Of a stretch of 64,000 bases of DNA, positions 17,486 to 26,430 are shown piece after piece. The DNA lies in IMG/VR virus record IMGVR_UViG_3300043036_000358, positions 1 through 64,000 of that record; one strand, written 5' to 3'. How positions within the stretch are numbered: the stretch's first letter is position 1; each line of letters starts with the position of its first letter. The position numbers and the translations under genes were made by a program. The stretch is from a virus. Its lineage: Duplodnaviria > Caudoviricetes. The notes beneath the pieces are model-generated. The model did no database searches and was not told where the DNA came from. It was given only the letters and a program-made list of their open reading frames with translations.

Positions 17486-19292
17486 TGCTTTTAGTTACGG
17501 ACAAGATAATAAAATTGATTTTGTGGCTGCTCCACTCACACAGCTTGTGGGTAAGAACGGTCACGGCAAGAGTTCTATTGCACTAGTACTTGAAGAAGTA
17601 CTGTTCAATAAGAATAGCAAAGGCATTAAAAAAGCAGATATTCTTAATCGGTATGTAAAAGACAAACACTATGCAATTGAGCTAGTGTTTGATCGTGATG
17701 GTACTGAGTATAAGATTGAGACTCGTCGTGGTACTTCACAAACAGTTAAGCTCTACAAAGATGGCGTAGACATTAGTGCACACACTGCGACTGCTACCTA
17801 CAAGATTGTAGAAGAAGTAGTTGGCATTGACCATAAAACTTTCAGTCAAATTGTTTATCAGTCAAATGCATCAAGTCTAGAGTTTTTAACAGCTGCTGAT
17901 ACTGCACGTAAAAAGTTTTTGATTGAAATCCTAAACTTGGGCAAGTATACTCAAGCACAAGATGTTTTTAAGCAAGTAGCACAAGACTTAGGCAAAGATA
18001 TTACTGCAACGCAATCTCAAGTCAACACAGTAGTTGCTTGGCTAGACAAGTATTCCAAAACAGATTTAACTACCAAGCAACCAGTTGCTGTTCCTGATCT
18101 TGACTCTGAGGTTCTACAAGAAGCTGCTAAACTAGAAGTGTCTATTCAAGGCGTAGAGTCTACTAATCGTAAGATTTCCCAGAATAATACTTACAAGCAG
18201 CTACAGTCAAAAATTACATTGCTACCACTGCCGCCTAAACCAGACGATGATATTAGCCAAGCTCAGTTAGAAGCTAAATTCCTTAATACCGAAACTATTG
18301 AGTTACAGAAAACAGTTAAAGATTCAGAAGCATTTGTTCAAAAAATGAATAAGCTGCATGGTAATTGTCCTACTTGCTTACAGACTATTGATACAAATAA
18401 AATAGCTGAACTTGTTAAAGAGCAAGTAGATATTCAGTTAAGTGCAGAAAATAAAGTTGCCCTACTACGTTCGCGTCTTGAGCAAATAAACACAGAATAT
18501 CGTGCATACACAGCTAAAAAATCTACTTGGGAAGCTGCACAAAAATCTCAGGAAGAATGGGAAAAGTATCATCAGCTTATTGATACTGAACTACCCGATA
18601 CTGTACTAGATAAAGCTGCGCTGCAAAGCAGCTTAGCTGATCTTGAGACTAGTATTAAGGCTACACGTGACAAGATTGCAGCTGCTGAAAAAACCAATCA
18701 GGCTGTTAGTGCACATAATTCCAAAGTAGAAACCATCAGCAAGCAACTAGCTGAAATGAGTGAAGAACTGGAAGTGTACAGTGAAAAACTTCACGAGCTG
18801 TCGGAGCGCATGAGTATTGTAAATGTGCTAACCAAAACATTCTCTACAACTGGGCTAGTAGCCTATAAGATTGAATGCCTGGTAAAAGACCTAGAAGAAA
18901 TCACAAACAACTACCTTGTAGACTTAAGTGATGGCAGATTTCAAATTAGCTTTAAAATCTCTGCTAGTGACAAACTAAATGTTGTTATCACTGATAACGG
19001 CAGAGATATTGAAATGCTGGCACTAAGTGGCGGTGAGCGTGCACGAGTAAATGTGGCCACACTGCTAGCTATTCGTAAACTAATGCAGACCCTAAGTTCA
19101 AGCAGAATTAACTTGCTGATCTTAGATGAAACCGTTGAAGCACTCGACGTAGACGGTAAAGAAAAACTGGTGGAAGTCTTGTTAAAAGAAGAACACCTAA
19201 ACACCTTTTTAGTATCACATGGATTTTCACATCCACTACTAGAAAAAGTCAACGTTGTTAAACGCAACAACATATCTCACATAGAGGCATAA
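17454..19292 (+). CDS. SbcC/Rad50-like ATPase (T5 D13)
   Basis: GKNGHGKS, CPTC zinc hook, LSGGE, LILDE; coiled coils. Confidence 0.95.
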   Translation: MITIKTLAWSNAFSYGQDNKIDFVAAPLTQLVGKNGHGKSSIALVLEEVLFNKNSKGIKKADILNRYVKDKHYAIELVFDRDGTEYKIETRRGTSQTVKLYKDGVDISAHTATATYKIVEEVVGIDHKTFSQIVYQSNASSLEFLTAADTARKKFLIEILNLGKYTQAQDVFKQVAQDLGKDITATQSQVNTVVAWLDKYSKTDLTTKQPVAVPDLDSEVLQEAAKLEVSIQGVESTNRKISQNNTYKQLQSKITLLPLPPKPDDDISQAQLEAKFLNTETIELQKTVKDSEAFVQKMNKLHGNCPTCLQTIDTNKIAELVKEQVDIQLSAENKVALLRSRLEQINTEYRAYTAKKSTWEAAQKSQEEWEKYHQLIDTELPDTVLDKAALQSSLADLETSIKATRDKIAAAEKTNQAVSAHNSKVETISKQLAEMSEELEVYSEKLHELSERMSIVNVLTKTFSTTGLVAYKIECLVKDLEEITNNYLVDLSDGRFQISFKISASDKLNVVITDNGRDIEMLALSGGERARVNVATLLAIRKLMQTLSSSRINLLILDETVEALDVDGKEKLVEVLLKEEHLNTFLVSHGFSHPLLEKVNVVKRNNISHIEA

Positions 19293-19293
19293 A

Positions 19294-19593
19294 ATGATTA
19301 AAATTGAACGAATTACGGCTAAAAACCCAACATTACTACGTAATGGAGTGCGTCAGCCTGTTACGCAGAATATGACAGTAACTTCTGCAGAAATTGCAAG
19401 TATTGAGGCAACTGATGGTAATATTATATACTCAGTTGATGAACTGGACATAGAAACAATCACATTTCCTGCAAAACCAGTTGATACACCACCAGCACCT
19501 AAATCCGCCGTAAAACCAGTTATCAAGCAGCCACAACCCAAGGTTGCCGAGCCAGTTGTGGAACCTGGAAGTGAAGAAAAAGCGCCTGAGTAA
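19294..19593 (+). CDS. hypothetical protein with P/K-rich C-terminus
   Basis: 99-aa ORF abutting both neighbours; GAGG SD. Confidence 0.7.
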   Translation: MIKIERITAKNPTLLRNGVRQPVTQNMTVTSAEIASIEATDGNIIYSVDELDIETITFPAKPVDTPPAPKSAVKPVIKQPQPKVAEPVVEPGSEEKAPE

Positions 19594-20051
19594 TGGTCGT
19601 AGACGCTAGAGCCAAGGGAGCGCGTACTGAAACCACAGTACGCGATCTTTTGCGTAAACATACCGGTTTAGGGTGGGAACGTATTCCTGGAAGCGGTGCC
19701 CTTGACCCTAAACATTTGCTAAAAGGTGACTTATACGTGCCTGGGCGAACTAACCTTTGGTGTGTAGAAGTAAAAGGTTATGCAGAAGACCACGTTACAT
19801 CACACTTGCTGACTTCAAAAACTCCGCAGCTAGTGGAATTTTGGGAACAAAGTGTTCGTCAAGGCAAGCAAGTTGATAAGAAACCACTGCTAATCTTTAA
19901 GTTTGACCGAAGCAAAGTGTTTGTGGCTTTTGATGATATGCCTAACTCGCAAGCGTATCGTTGTATTTACTACAATCACGAAACGCATGAGTTTTATGTT
20001 GCTCTCTTAGAAGATTGGTTGAAGTATGAGCAACCACAATTTGTGACTTGA
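19593..20051 (+). CDS. Holliday junction resolvase-like PD-(D/E)xK nuclease (T5 D14)
   Basis: RAKG..TE..V...L, ERIPGSGA, KGDL, VEVK. Confidence 0.88.
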   Translation: MVVDARAKGARTETTVRDLLRKHTGLGWERIPGSGALDPKHLLKGDLYVPGRTNLWCVEVKGYAEDHVTSHLLTSKTPQLVEFWEQSVRQGKQVDKKPLLIFKFDRSKVFVAFDDMPNSQAYRCIYYNHETHEFYVALLEDWLKYEQPQFVT

Positions 20052-20076
20052 ACAAAAGCGGTTAATAGTGTATAAT
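20048..20076 (+). promoter_or_regulatory. sigma70-type promoter
   Basis: TTGAAC-17 bp-TATAAT with extended -10 TG. Confidence 0.85.
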
Positions 20077-20102
20077 ATACACTTAACCACAAAGAATACA
20101 CT

Positions 20103-20948
20103 ATGAGTATTACATTTAAAAAAGCAACTGAATCAAACAATACTCTGCTGATCGTAGATGCGTTAAACTTGGCTTTTCGCTATAAACATAGCGGAGCCAC
20201 AGATTTTGCCACAGACTACATTCGCACAGTAGATAGCCTAAAGAAAAGCTACAAAGCATCACACGTTATCATTGCTTGTGACCAAGGCAGTTCTAGCTAT
20301 CGCAAAGCACTAAGCCCAGAATACAAACAAAATCGTAAAGACAAGCAAGAACAACAAACTGACGCTGAACGCGCAGCTTTTGAGTTGTTCTTTGAAGACT
20401 TCCTAGATACTATTGCTACAATCGAAACCACCACTAGCTACCCAGTGCTGCGTTTTCAAGGCGTAGAAGCAGACGATATTGCTGCATACATTGTATCGCA
20501 AAAATCTAAATTAAGCACTGATGATATATGGCTTATCTCTAGTGACCGAGACTGGGACTTGCTTGTACAACCAGCTGTTTCGCGCTTTAGCTACGTCACA
20601 CGCAAAGAAGTTACACTAGATAATTGGAATGACCACTATGATTTTAACCCTGAAGACTATATTAGTATTAAGTGCCTTACAGGTGATAGTGGCGACAATG
20701 TCGCTGGTGTCCCCGGCATTGGTCCTAAACGTGCTGTTTCTCTTATTAATGAATGGGGTAGCACTTATGACATTATCGCTAGTATCCCTATTGCAGGCAA
20801 GTACAAATATATTCAAGAACTCAATAAGTGCAAAGACATCTTGATGCTAAACTACCAACTAATGGACTTAGTAACACACTGTCACGAAGCCATTGGTAGT
20901 GATAATATTACCACAATTGACCAAACACTAAAAACCTACTTAAAATGA
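20103..20948 (+). CDS. 5'-3' flap endonuclease (T5 D15-like)
   Basis: IVDALNLAFR, YR...PEYK.NR, GVEADD, SSDRDW, GDSGDNVAGVPGIGPKRA. Confidence 0.95.
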   Translation: MSITFKKATESNNTLLIVDALNLAFRYKHSGATDFATDYIRTVDSLKKSYKASHVIIACDQGSSSYRKALSPEYKQNRKDKQEQQTDAERAAFELFFEDFLDTIATIETTTSYPVLRFQGVEADDIAAYIVSQKSKLSTDDIWLISSDRDWDLLVQPAVSRFSYVTRKEVTLDNWNDHYDFNPEDYISIKCLTGDSGDNVAGVPGIGPKRAVSLINEWGSTYDIIASIPIAGKYKYIQELNKCKDILMLNYQLMDLVTHCHEAIGSDNITTIDQTLKTYLK

Positions 20949-21421
20949 GCAATTTTTTAAATATTAACCGAAATTACGACCATCATACTGGCAAAGACAT
21001 AAAACAAGTACTGGAATGTCAAGTACAGCCTGGAGCACAACTACCAAAGCGTGCACATCCTACAGATGCCGGAGCAGATTTGTTTAGTTATGAATCTTGC
21101 GAAATCTATCCTGGAGAACAAAAACTTGTTGATACGGGTATAGCGATAAAAATTCCAGAGGGTTACGGAGGCTTTATTTTCAATCGCAGCTCGCAAGGCA
21201 AAAAAGGCATTACAATCCCTCATAGTGTTGGCGTAATAGATGCTGACTATCGTGGAAATTTAAAAGTCCTGCTAAAAAATATTGGCGAAGACCCTTATAA
21301 AATCGAGGTTGGCGACCGAATTGCTCAGCTGGTTATTATGCCAGTGTTGCTGCCGGAATTTAAAGATATTTGGAATGACACGGTAAGAGGGGTTGGTGGT
21401 TTTGGAAGTACCGGACAATAA
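20945..21421 (+). CDS. dut: trimeric dUTPase
   Basis: AGADL, RSS, GVIDADYRG, RIAQL, RG.GGFGSTG. Confidence 0.97.
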   Translation: MSNFLNINRNYDHHTGKDIKQVLECQVQPGAQLPKRAHPTDAGADLFSYESCEIYPGEQKLVDTGIAIKIPEGYGGFIFNRSSQGKKGITIPHSVGVIDADYRGNLKVLLKNIGEDPYKIEVGDRIAQLVIMPVLLPEFKDIWNDTVRGVGGFGSTGQ

Positions 21422-21435
21422 ACTAGAAAGAATAA

Positions 21436-21693
21436 ATGAACAAAGTAACAATAGAAAGACTCCTTGGGAAGATAGTAAGTGAAACATATACTATCCTGCC
21501 TAGCGGTAAAGTGTTGGTGTGTGAGTTAGTGCTAGAAAACGGATTTTCTGTTCGAGGCGAGGCTGCTGTGGTAAGCAAAGAGAATTTCAACGAGGAAATT
21601 GGCCGCAAGATTAGCAAAGAGAATGCAATTAACAGTATTTGGCAACTAGAAGGCTACTTACTACAAGAAGAACTTTACAAAGGAAATAAATGA
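21436..21693 (+). CDS. N4 gp49 / Sf6 gp66-family protein
   Basis: CELVLENGFSV.GEAA.VS.ENFNEEIGRKI...NA...IW.LEGYLL. Confidence 0.85.
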   Translation: MNKVTIERLLGKIVSETYTILPSGKVLVCELVLENGFSVRGEAAVVSKENFNEEIGRKISKENAINSIWQLEGYLLQEELYKGNK

Positions 21694-23657
21694 ACTCACC
21701 ATCAACACGAGCGCAGGTAATAACTCGCAGGACCTATAATAGGCCCACTAGCGACGACGGAAAAGAATTTGAAACATGGCAAGAAACAGTTGCCAGAGTT
21801 ATTGACCACCAAGAGTGGTTGTGGGCACGAGTAGTAGACCGTGATTTAAATGACGTAGAGTACGCAGAACTTTATGATCTTGAGCAATTAATGCTAGATC
21901 GCAAGGTTCTAATGAGTGGTCGTACACTCTGGCTAGGCGGTACTGATGTTGCTAAAACTCGTGAGGCTTCGCAATTTAATTGCAGCTTTACACACGTTGA
22001 AACAATCTATGACGTAGTAGATTGCTTGTGGCTACTGCTACAAGGTTGCGGCGTTGGATTCAAGCCAATTGTTGGTACATTAAATGGTTTTTCAAAGCCA
22101 ATTAAAAATATTAAGGTAGTACGTAGTACTCGTACTACAAAAGGTGGTAATGAAGAAAACGTTGAATACTGGGAAGAAGCAACTAAAACTTGGACTATTC
22201 AGGTCGGAGATTCCGCAGAAGCTTGGGCAAAGTCTGTTGGAAAGCTGCTTGCGGGTAAGTATCCTGCTGATACTCTCGTACTTGATTTTTCACAACTTCG
22301 ACCTGCTGGCGAAAGGTTAAAAGGCTATGGTTGGATTTCAAGTGGCGACAGCGCTATATCAACTGCATATGTGGCTATTGCAAATATCCTCAACGGCCGT
22401 GCTGATAGTTTACTTACTCGGATGGATATTCTTGACATTGTTAACCATCTCGGTACTATTCTTAGTAGCCGTCGCAGTGCGGAAATTGCTTTGTTCGATT
22501 ATGGTCAACCAGAGTGGGAAGAATTCGCAGTAGCCAAAAAAGACTGGTGGTTGCATAACAATGCGCACCGTACACAATCAAACAACAGTTTAGTATTTAA
22601 AGAAAAGCCGCTTAAGTCTGACCTAGAGAAAATCTTTGGAATGATGATTGAAGCAGGCGGTTCAGAACCAGGATTTATTAATGAAGTCGAAGCACTCCGC
22701 CGCGCTCCATGGTTTAAGGGAGCCAATCCATGCGTTGAAATCTTACTCGGTAACAAGGCTTTCTGTAACCTTACCGAAACTGACATTGCCAAGTTCAAAG
22801 GCGACACTGCCGGTTTGCACAACGCTATACGACTGGCAGCTCGTGCCAACTACCGACAAACGTGTGTTAACTTACAGGACGGCATACTTCAAGAATCTTG
22901 GCATCTTAACAACTATTTCTTACGACTTTGCGGTGTAGGCCTAACAGGTATTGCAATGCGTCCAGATATGGGAAGTTATGACTACGAATACTTAAAGCGT
23001 ACTGCTACCAGTGCTGCTGTTGGTATGAGTCAAGAGCTTGGATTGCCTGCTCCTAAAAACGTAACTTGCGTTAAGCCGTCTGGTACCTTATCAAAGATCA
23101 TGGACACTACAGAAGGTGTTCACAAACCACTAGGAAAGTATATTTTCAACAATGTACAATTTAGCAAACATGACCCGGTGGTTGAGAAGCTACGTGAAGC
23201 GAATTACCGTGTTATTAATCATCCTGTTGATGATTCTGGAGTGCTTGTTACGTTTCCGGTAATGTGGGACGGAGTTCCTTTTGATAAAGTTGACGGCAAA
23301 GAAGTTAATATTGAGTCAGCTATTGTTCAGCTAGAACGCTATAAACTCCTACAAACTTCTTGGAATCAACAGAACACATCAGTAACCATTAGCTACGACC
23401 CAACCGAAGTTACTGGTATTATTGAATGGTTGTTAGATAACTGGGATTGTTATGTTGGCGTAAGTTTTATCTACCGAACAGACCCAACTAAAACAGCCAA
23501 AGACCTAGGTTACTTATATCTTCCACAAGAAGTAGTAACTGAACATGACTACCACGAGTATGTTAAAACACTAGGCAGTGTTGATCTTAACAACACCAAC
23601 AGCTTCGATGAAATCACCGATGCCGAATGTGCCACGGGCGCTTGCCCAATTAAATAA
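21690..23657 (+). CDS. nrdJ: class II (adenosylcobalamin-dependent) monomeric ribonucleotide reductase
   Basis: RRTY.R, GRTLW..G, NC, GCGVGF, NPCVEI, CNLTE, TCVKPSGT, C-terminal CATGACPIK. Confidence 0.93.
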   Translation: MNSPSTRAQVITRRTYNRPTSDDGKEFETWQETVARVIDHQEWLWARVVDRDLNDVEYAELYDLEQLMLDRKVLMSGRTLWLGGTDVAKTREASQFNCSFTHVETIYDVVDCLWLLLQGCGVGFKPIVGTLNGFSKPIKNIKVVRSTRTTKGGNEENVEYWEEATKTWTIQVGDSAEAWAKSVGKLLAGKYPADTLVLDFSQLRPAGERLKGYGWISSGDSAISTAYVAIANILNGRADSLLTRMDILDIVNHLGTILSSRRSAEIALFDYGQPEWEEFAVAKKDWWLHNNAHRTQSNNSLVFKEKPLKSDLEKIFGMMIEAGGSEPGFINEVEALRRAPWFKGANPCVEILLGNKAFCNLTETDIAKFKGDTAGLHNAIRLAARANYRQTCVNLQDGILQESWHLNNYFLRLCGVGLTGIAMRPDMGSYDYEYLKRTATSAAVGMSQELGLPAPKNVTCVKPSGTLSKIMDTTEGVHKPLGKYIFNNVQFSKHDPVVEKLREANYRVINHPVDDSGVLVTFPVMWDGVPFDKVDGKEVNIESAIVQLERYKLLQTSWNQQNTSVTISYDPTEVTGIIEWLLDNWDCYVGVSFIYRTDPTKTAKDLGYLYLPQEVVTEHDYHEYVKTLGSVDLNNTNSFDEITDAECATGACPIK

Positions 23658-23666
23658 TAGAAACCT

Positions 23667-23837
23667 ATGAATAACAAAGAATTAACCTTTACTTTTACCG
23701 TTGACGAAGCCAATGCTATTCTAGCAGGCTTACAAGAACTACCTGCTAAAGTTTGCAATCCGCTATCAGCCAAGATTCAACAACAAGCTAGTGGTCAACT
23801 AGAGTCGGAAACCAAAGCCGACGAAGTAGCCGAATAA
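23667..23837 (+). CDS. 56-aa hypothetical protein (not in ORF track)
   Basis: MNNKELTFTFTVDEANAILAGLQELPAKVCNPLSAKIQQQA...; the EAN.IL.AL.ELP.K....L..KI..QA pattern is common in phages. Confidence 0.75.
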   Translation: MNNKELTFTFTVDEANAILAGLQELPAKVCNPLSAKIQQQASGQLESETKADEVAE

Positions 23838-23851
23838 ATTTTAGGCCAAAC

Positions 23852-23888
23852 AAAAAGCCCCCGCGTTGCAAAACTCGGGGGCTTTTTT
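23852..23888 (+). terminator. Rho-independent terminator ending the replication arm
   Basis: AAAAAGCCCCCCG-loop-CGGGGGGCTTTTTT. Confidence 0.9.
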
Positions 23889-23990
23889 GTCGTTAAAAAT
23901 TGTCAGGGTGCGCCAATGCACTTGCCCAAAAATACCCTGCATAATTTCTTATTACCGTGCATTTTAACTCCTGGAACCCTAAAAGTTGGG

Positions 23991-24019
23991 TTGCAGTACA
24001 TACCATTTTGTTGTATAAT
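23991..24019 (+). promoter_or_regulatory. sigma70-type promoter of the accessory operon
   Basis: TTGCAG-17 bp-TATAAT with extended -10 TG. Confidence 0.8.
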
Positions 24020-24099
24020 TATATCAGTTCTTAAATTTTTAGGAGCTGCGCGATGATACGCAGTATCATATCAATCCACTACACAGAGATTAATTTTAT

Positions 24100-25029
24100 A
24101 TGGATGATACTACAACTAGCGTACCTATTTCTACAGCAGCAGCTGAAGAAGCTATGGATGCGCTCAAGAAACAAGCTAGCTTTGCGGAACAATATTATGC
24201 AAAACTAGCATCTCAAGTTAAAGAAACCTTAAAGGAAAATAAAATGGCAGAAGTAATGACACCCGGTATGATTATGGGTATGGGCAACGGCGGCGGTGAT
24301 GGTTTATTTGGTGGCGGAGGCGGCTTAGTAGGTGGTCTTATCCTAGGAAGCCTATTGCGCAACGGTAATGGCGGATTTTTAGGTGGTGATGGTAATGGTG
24401 CTGGTGCAGCACTAGGCGCAACACTACGTAACCCACCAGAACAAAACCAAGCTAATATGGATTTAATGGCTAGTATTGGGCAAGTTGACAAAGCAGTTGC
24501 AGTTTCAACAGCAGCAATGGAAGCTTCACAAGCTCTACAAAGTTCTAGCATTGTTAGTCAACTAAACAACGTAGCTGGTTCACTAGCTTCTCGTGTTGAC
24601 AATGTAAAAGATATTGTTAATGCTAATGCAGTTGCGCTAATGCAAGGTCAAGCAGCTATTCAGCAAAACATCATGGAAAATCGTTATGAATTATCCAAGG
24701 ATATTACTAACGATGGTGAAAAGACTCGTGCATTGATTACATCACAGTACGAACTAAACCTACAGCGTCAATTAGCTGATGCAAATGCAGCGATTATTGA
24801 ACTACGTAGCCGTGAGTACAGTGGTAACACAGCACGTGGTATTGAAGTTACTACAACAAACAACATCAACCAGATGCAACAACAACAGCAACAACAAGCT
24901 CAGTATGGTCAACTGGCCAATCTGATTTGGAGCTTAGGTCAAAGCATCCGTAACGATAACAGCGCAATCAACGTTGGTAGCGGTACACAAACTTCTACAC
25001 CAACAAACACAAATACTAACATTCGTTAA
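24100..25029 (+). CDS. Gly-rich / coiled-coil / Q,N-rich protein of unknown function; second in-frame start at 24244
   Basis: GGGGGLVGGLILGSLL hydrophobic Gly segment, long amphipathic A/L/Q helices, Q7 run, ...NVGSGTQTSTPTNTNTNIR end; AAGGA SD before ATG 24244. Confidence 0.85.
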   Translation: MDDTTTSVPISTAAAEEAMDALKKQASFAEQYYAKLASQVKETLKENKMAEVMTPGMIMGMGNGGGDGLFGGGGGLVGGLILGSLLRNGNGGFLGGDGNGAGAALGATLRNPPEQNQANMDLMASIGQVDKAVAVSTAAMEASQALQSSSIVSQLNNVAGSLASRVDNVKDIVNANAVALMQGQAAIQQNIMENRYELSKDITNDGEKTRALITSQYELNLQRQLADANAAIIELRSREYSGNTARGIEVTTTNNINQMQQQQQQQAQYGQLANLIWSLGQSIRNDNSAINVGSGTQTSTPTNTNTNIR

Positions 25030-25042
25030 TATTTAGGTTACT

Positions 25043-25077
25043 AAGCCCCCAAGACCACAAGTCGTGGGGGCTTTTTT
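25043..25077 (+). terminator. internal Rho-independent terminator
   Basis: AAGCCCCC..GAC-CACAA-GTC..GGGGGCTT-TTTT. Confidence 0.8.
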
Positions 25078-25091
25078 CATAAGGAATAAGA

Positions 25092-26021
25092 ATGTTATTT
25101 CAACAACAACAACAAGGTCCATTTGGCTGGCCAATGGGACCTTTTATACCTATAGCCCCTATTATTGATGACTGTGATTTATTTATCAACAGCATAGTAA
25201 ACGGTCAACCAGGGCCGCCTGGACCAGCAGGACCAGCAGGACCAGAAGGGCCACCGGGACCTGAAGGGCCGCCAGGGCCGCCAGGACCTGGCAGTGTATC
25301 AAATTTTGCTGACTTTTTTGCACTAATGCCACCTGATAATGCAGCAACAGTTGCTGTGGGTGCTGACGTGGACTTCCCTCAAGATGGACCTACATCAGCT
25401 ACAACTATTACCAGAATATCTCCTAGTTCTTTTAATTTAGCAGATATTGGCTCTTATTTAGTACAATTTCAAGCTAGCGTAGACGAAGCCGGACAGCTCA
25501 TACTAACGCTAAATGGCGTTGATTTGGCCTATACTGTTAGCGGTCGTGCAACAGGAACTAACCAAATTGTCGGTACAGTAATTGTTACGACTACTGTTGC
25601 AAATTCTGTTTTAACAGTACGCAACCCAGCAGGAAACTCAACTGCATTAACAATCACACCTAATGCTGGAGGCACTAGACCTGCCTCTGCGCAGCTCGTA
25701 ATTGTTCAGTTGAACGGAACTGGAGTAACTCCGGTAGCTCCTAGTCCTGTGCCTACAACTATTGTGACCACTACACCATATGCAGTGCTATTAACTGATT
25801 ACTACTTAGCCGTAAACGTAGCAGGGCCAGCTAGTGTAGTATTACCGGTTGCACCCGTTGGTACGGTCTTTGTTGTAAAAGACACAGATGGTGATGCCAA
25901 TATTAGCCCAATTACAGTAACTGCTAGCACTACTATTGATGGTACAGCTAGTGCACTTATTAACTCACCATACGGTAGCCTAACCTTTATATTTAACGGC
26001 ACCGAGTGGAACATTGTTTAA
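25092..26021 (+). CDS. collagen-like protein with a BclA C-terminal (C1q/TNF-like) domain and an extra C-terminal beta domain
   Basis: About nine GPx triplets, then ADFFALMPPDNAATVA.G.DV.FPQDGP...FNLA.IG.Y.V.FQ.SV.EAGQLILTLNG..LAYTV.GRATGT.QIVG...LTVRNPAGNSTALTITP.AGG as in Firmicute BclA-type proteins. Confidence 0.85.
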   Translation: MLFQQQQQGPFGWPMGPFIPIAPIIDDCDLFINSIVNGQPGPPGPAGPAGPEGPPGPEGPPGPPGPGSVSNFADFFALMPPDNAATVAVGADVDFPQDGPTSATTITRISPSSFNLADIGSYLVQFQASVDEAGQLILTLNGVDLAYTVSGRATGTNQIVGTVIVTTTVANSVLTVRNPAGNSTALTITPNAGGTRPASAQLVIVQLNGTGVTPVAPSPVPTTIVTTTPYAVLLTDYYLAVNVAGPASVVLPVAPVGTVFVVKDTDGDANISPITVTASTTIDGTASALINSPYGSLTFIFNGTEWNIV

Positions 26022-26030
26022 GGAACAAAC

Positions 26031-26429
26031 ATGTCATATACAAATAACCCAACCTCAATCCTAGCCGGTACAGGTATTACAGTAACACCAACAACAGGTA
26101 CAGGTGCTAATACTATTACAATTAGTGCAACTGGAACACCAGTTCAAGCAGTGCAAATTGCTGTAGCAACACCAGTTACGGTAACAAATGCCGATGACAT
26201 AGTAAGTGTTGAAGTACCAGGTCCTGTTGCTGTAGCAGTTAATCTACCTGCTGGCGTTACTGGACAAATATTTTACGTTAAAGATGGACTAGGTTTAGCA
26301 GCACCTGCAACGCCTATTACTATTACTCCTGTTGCAGGTACCATCGATGGTTCGGCAACAGCTACTATTGACACACCTTATGGAGCATTAACCCTAGCGT
26401 ACAGTGGTGTGCAGTGGTTAATATTGTAA
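26031..26429 (+). CDS. small fibre-like protein, paralogue of the C-terminal domain of the previous gene
   Basis: AGTGITVT..TITIS shaft motif plus V.LPAG..G..F.VKD...ITI...TIDG...I..PYG.LT...G..W.I. Confidence 0.8.
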   Translation: MSYTNNPTSILAGTGITVTPTTGTGANTITISATGTPVQAVQIAVATPVTVTNADDIVSVEVPGPVAVAVNLPAGVTGQIFYVKDGLGLAAPATPITITPVAGTIDGSATATIDTPYGALTLAYSGVQWLIL

Positions 26430-26430
26430 T

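Noticed and set aside
10356-23657. Introns or inteins in PolA, helicases or RNR
   Set aside because: All are single uninterrupted ORFs of normal length, with no intein termini or LAGLIDADG blocks.
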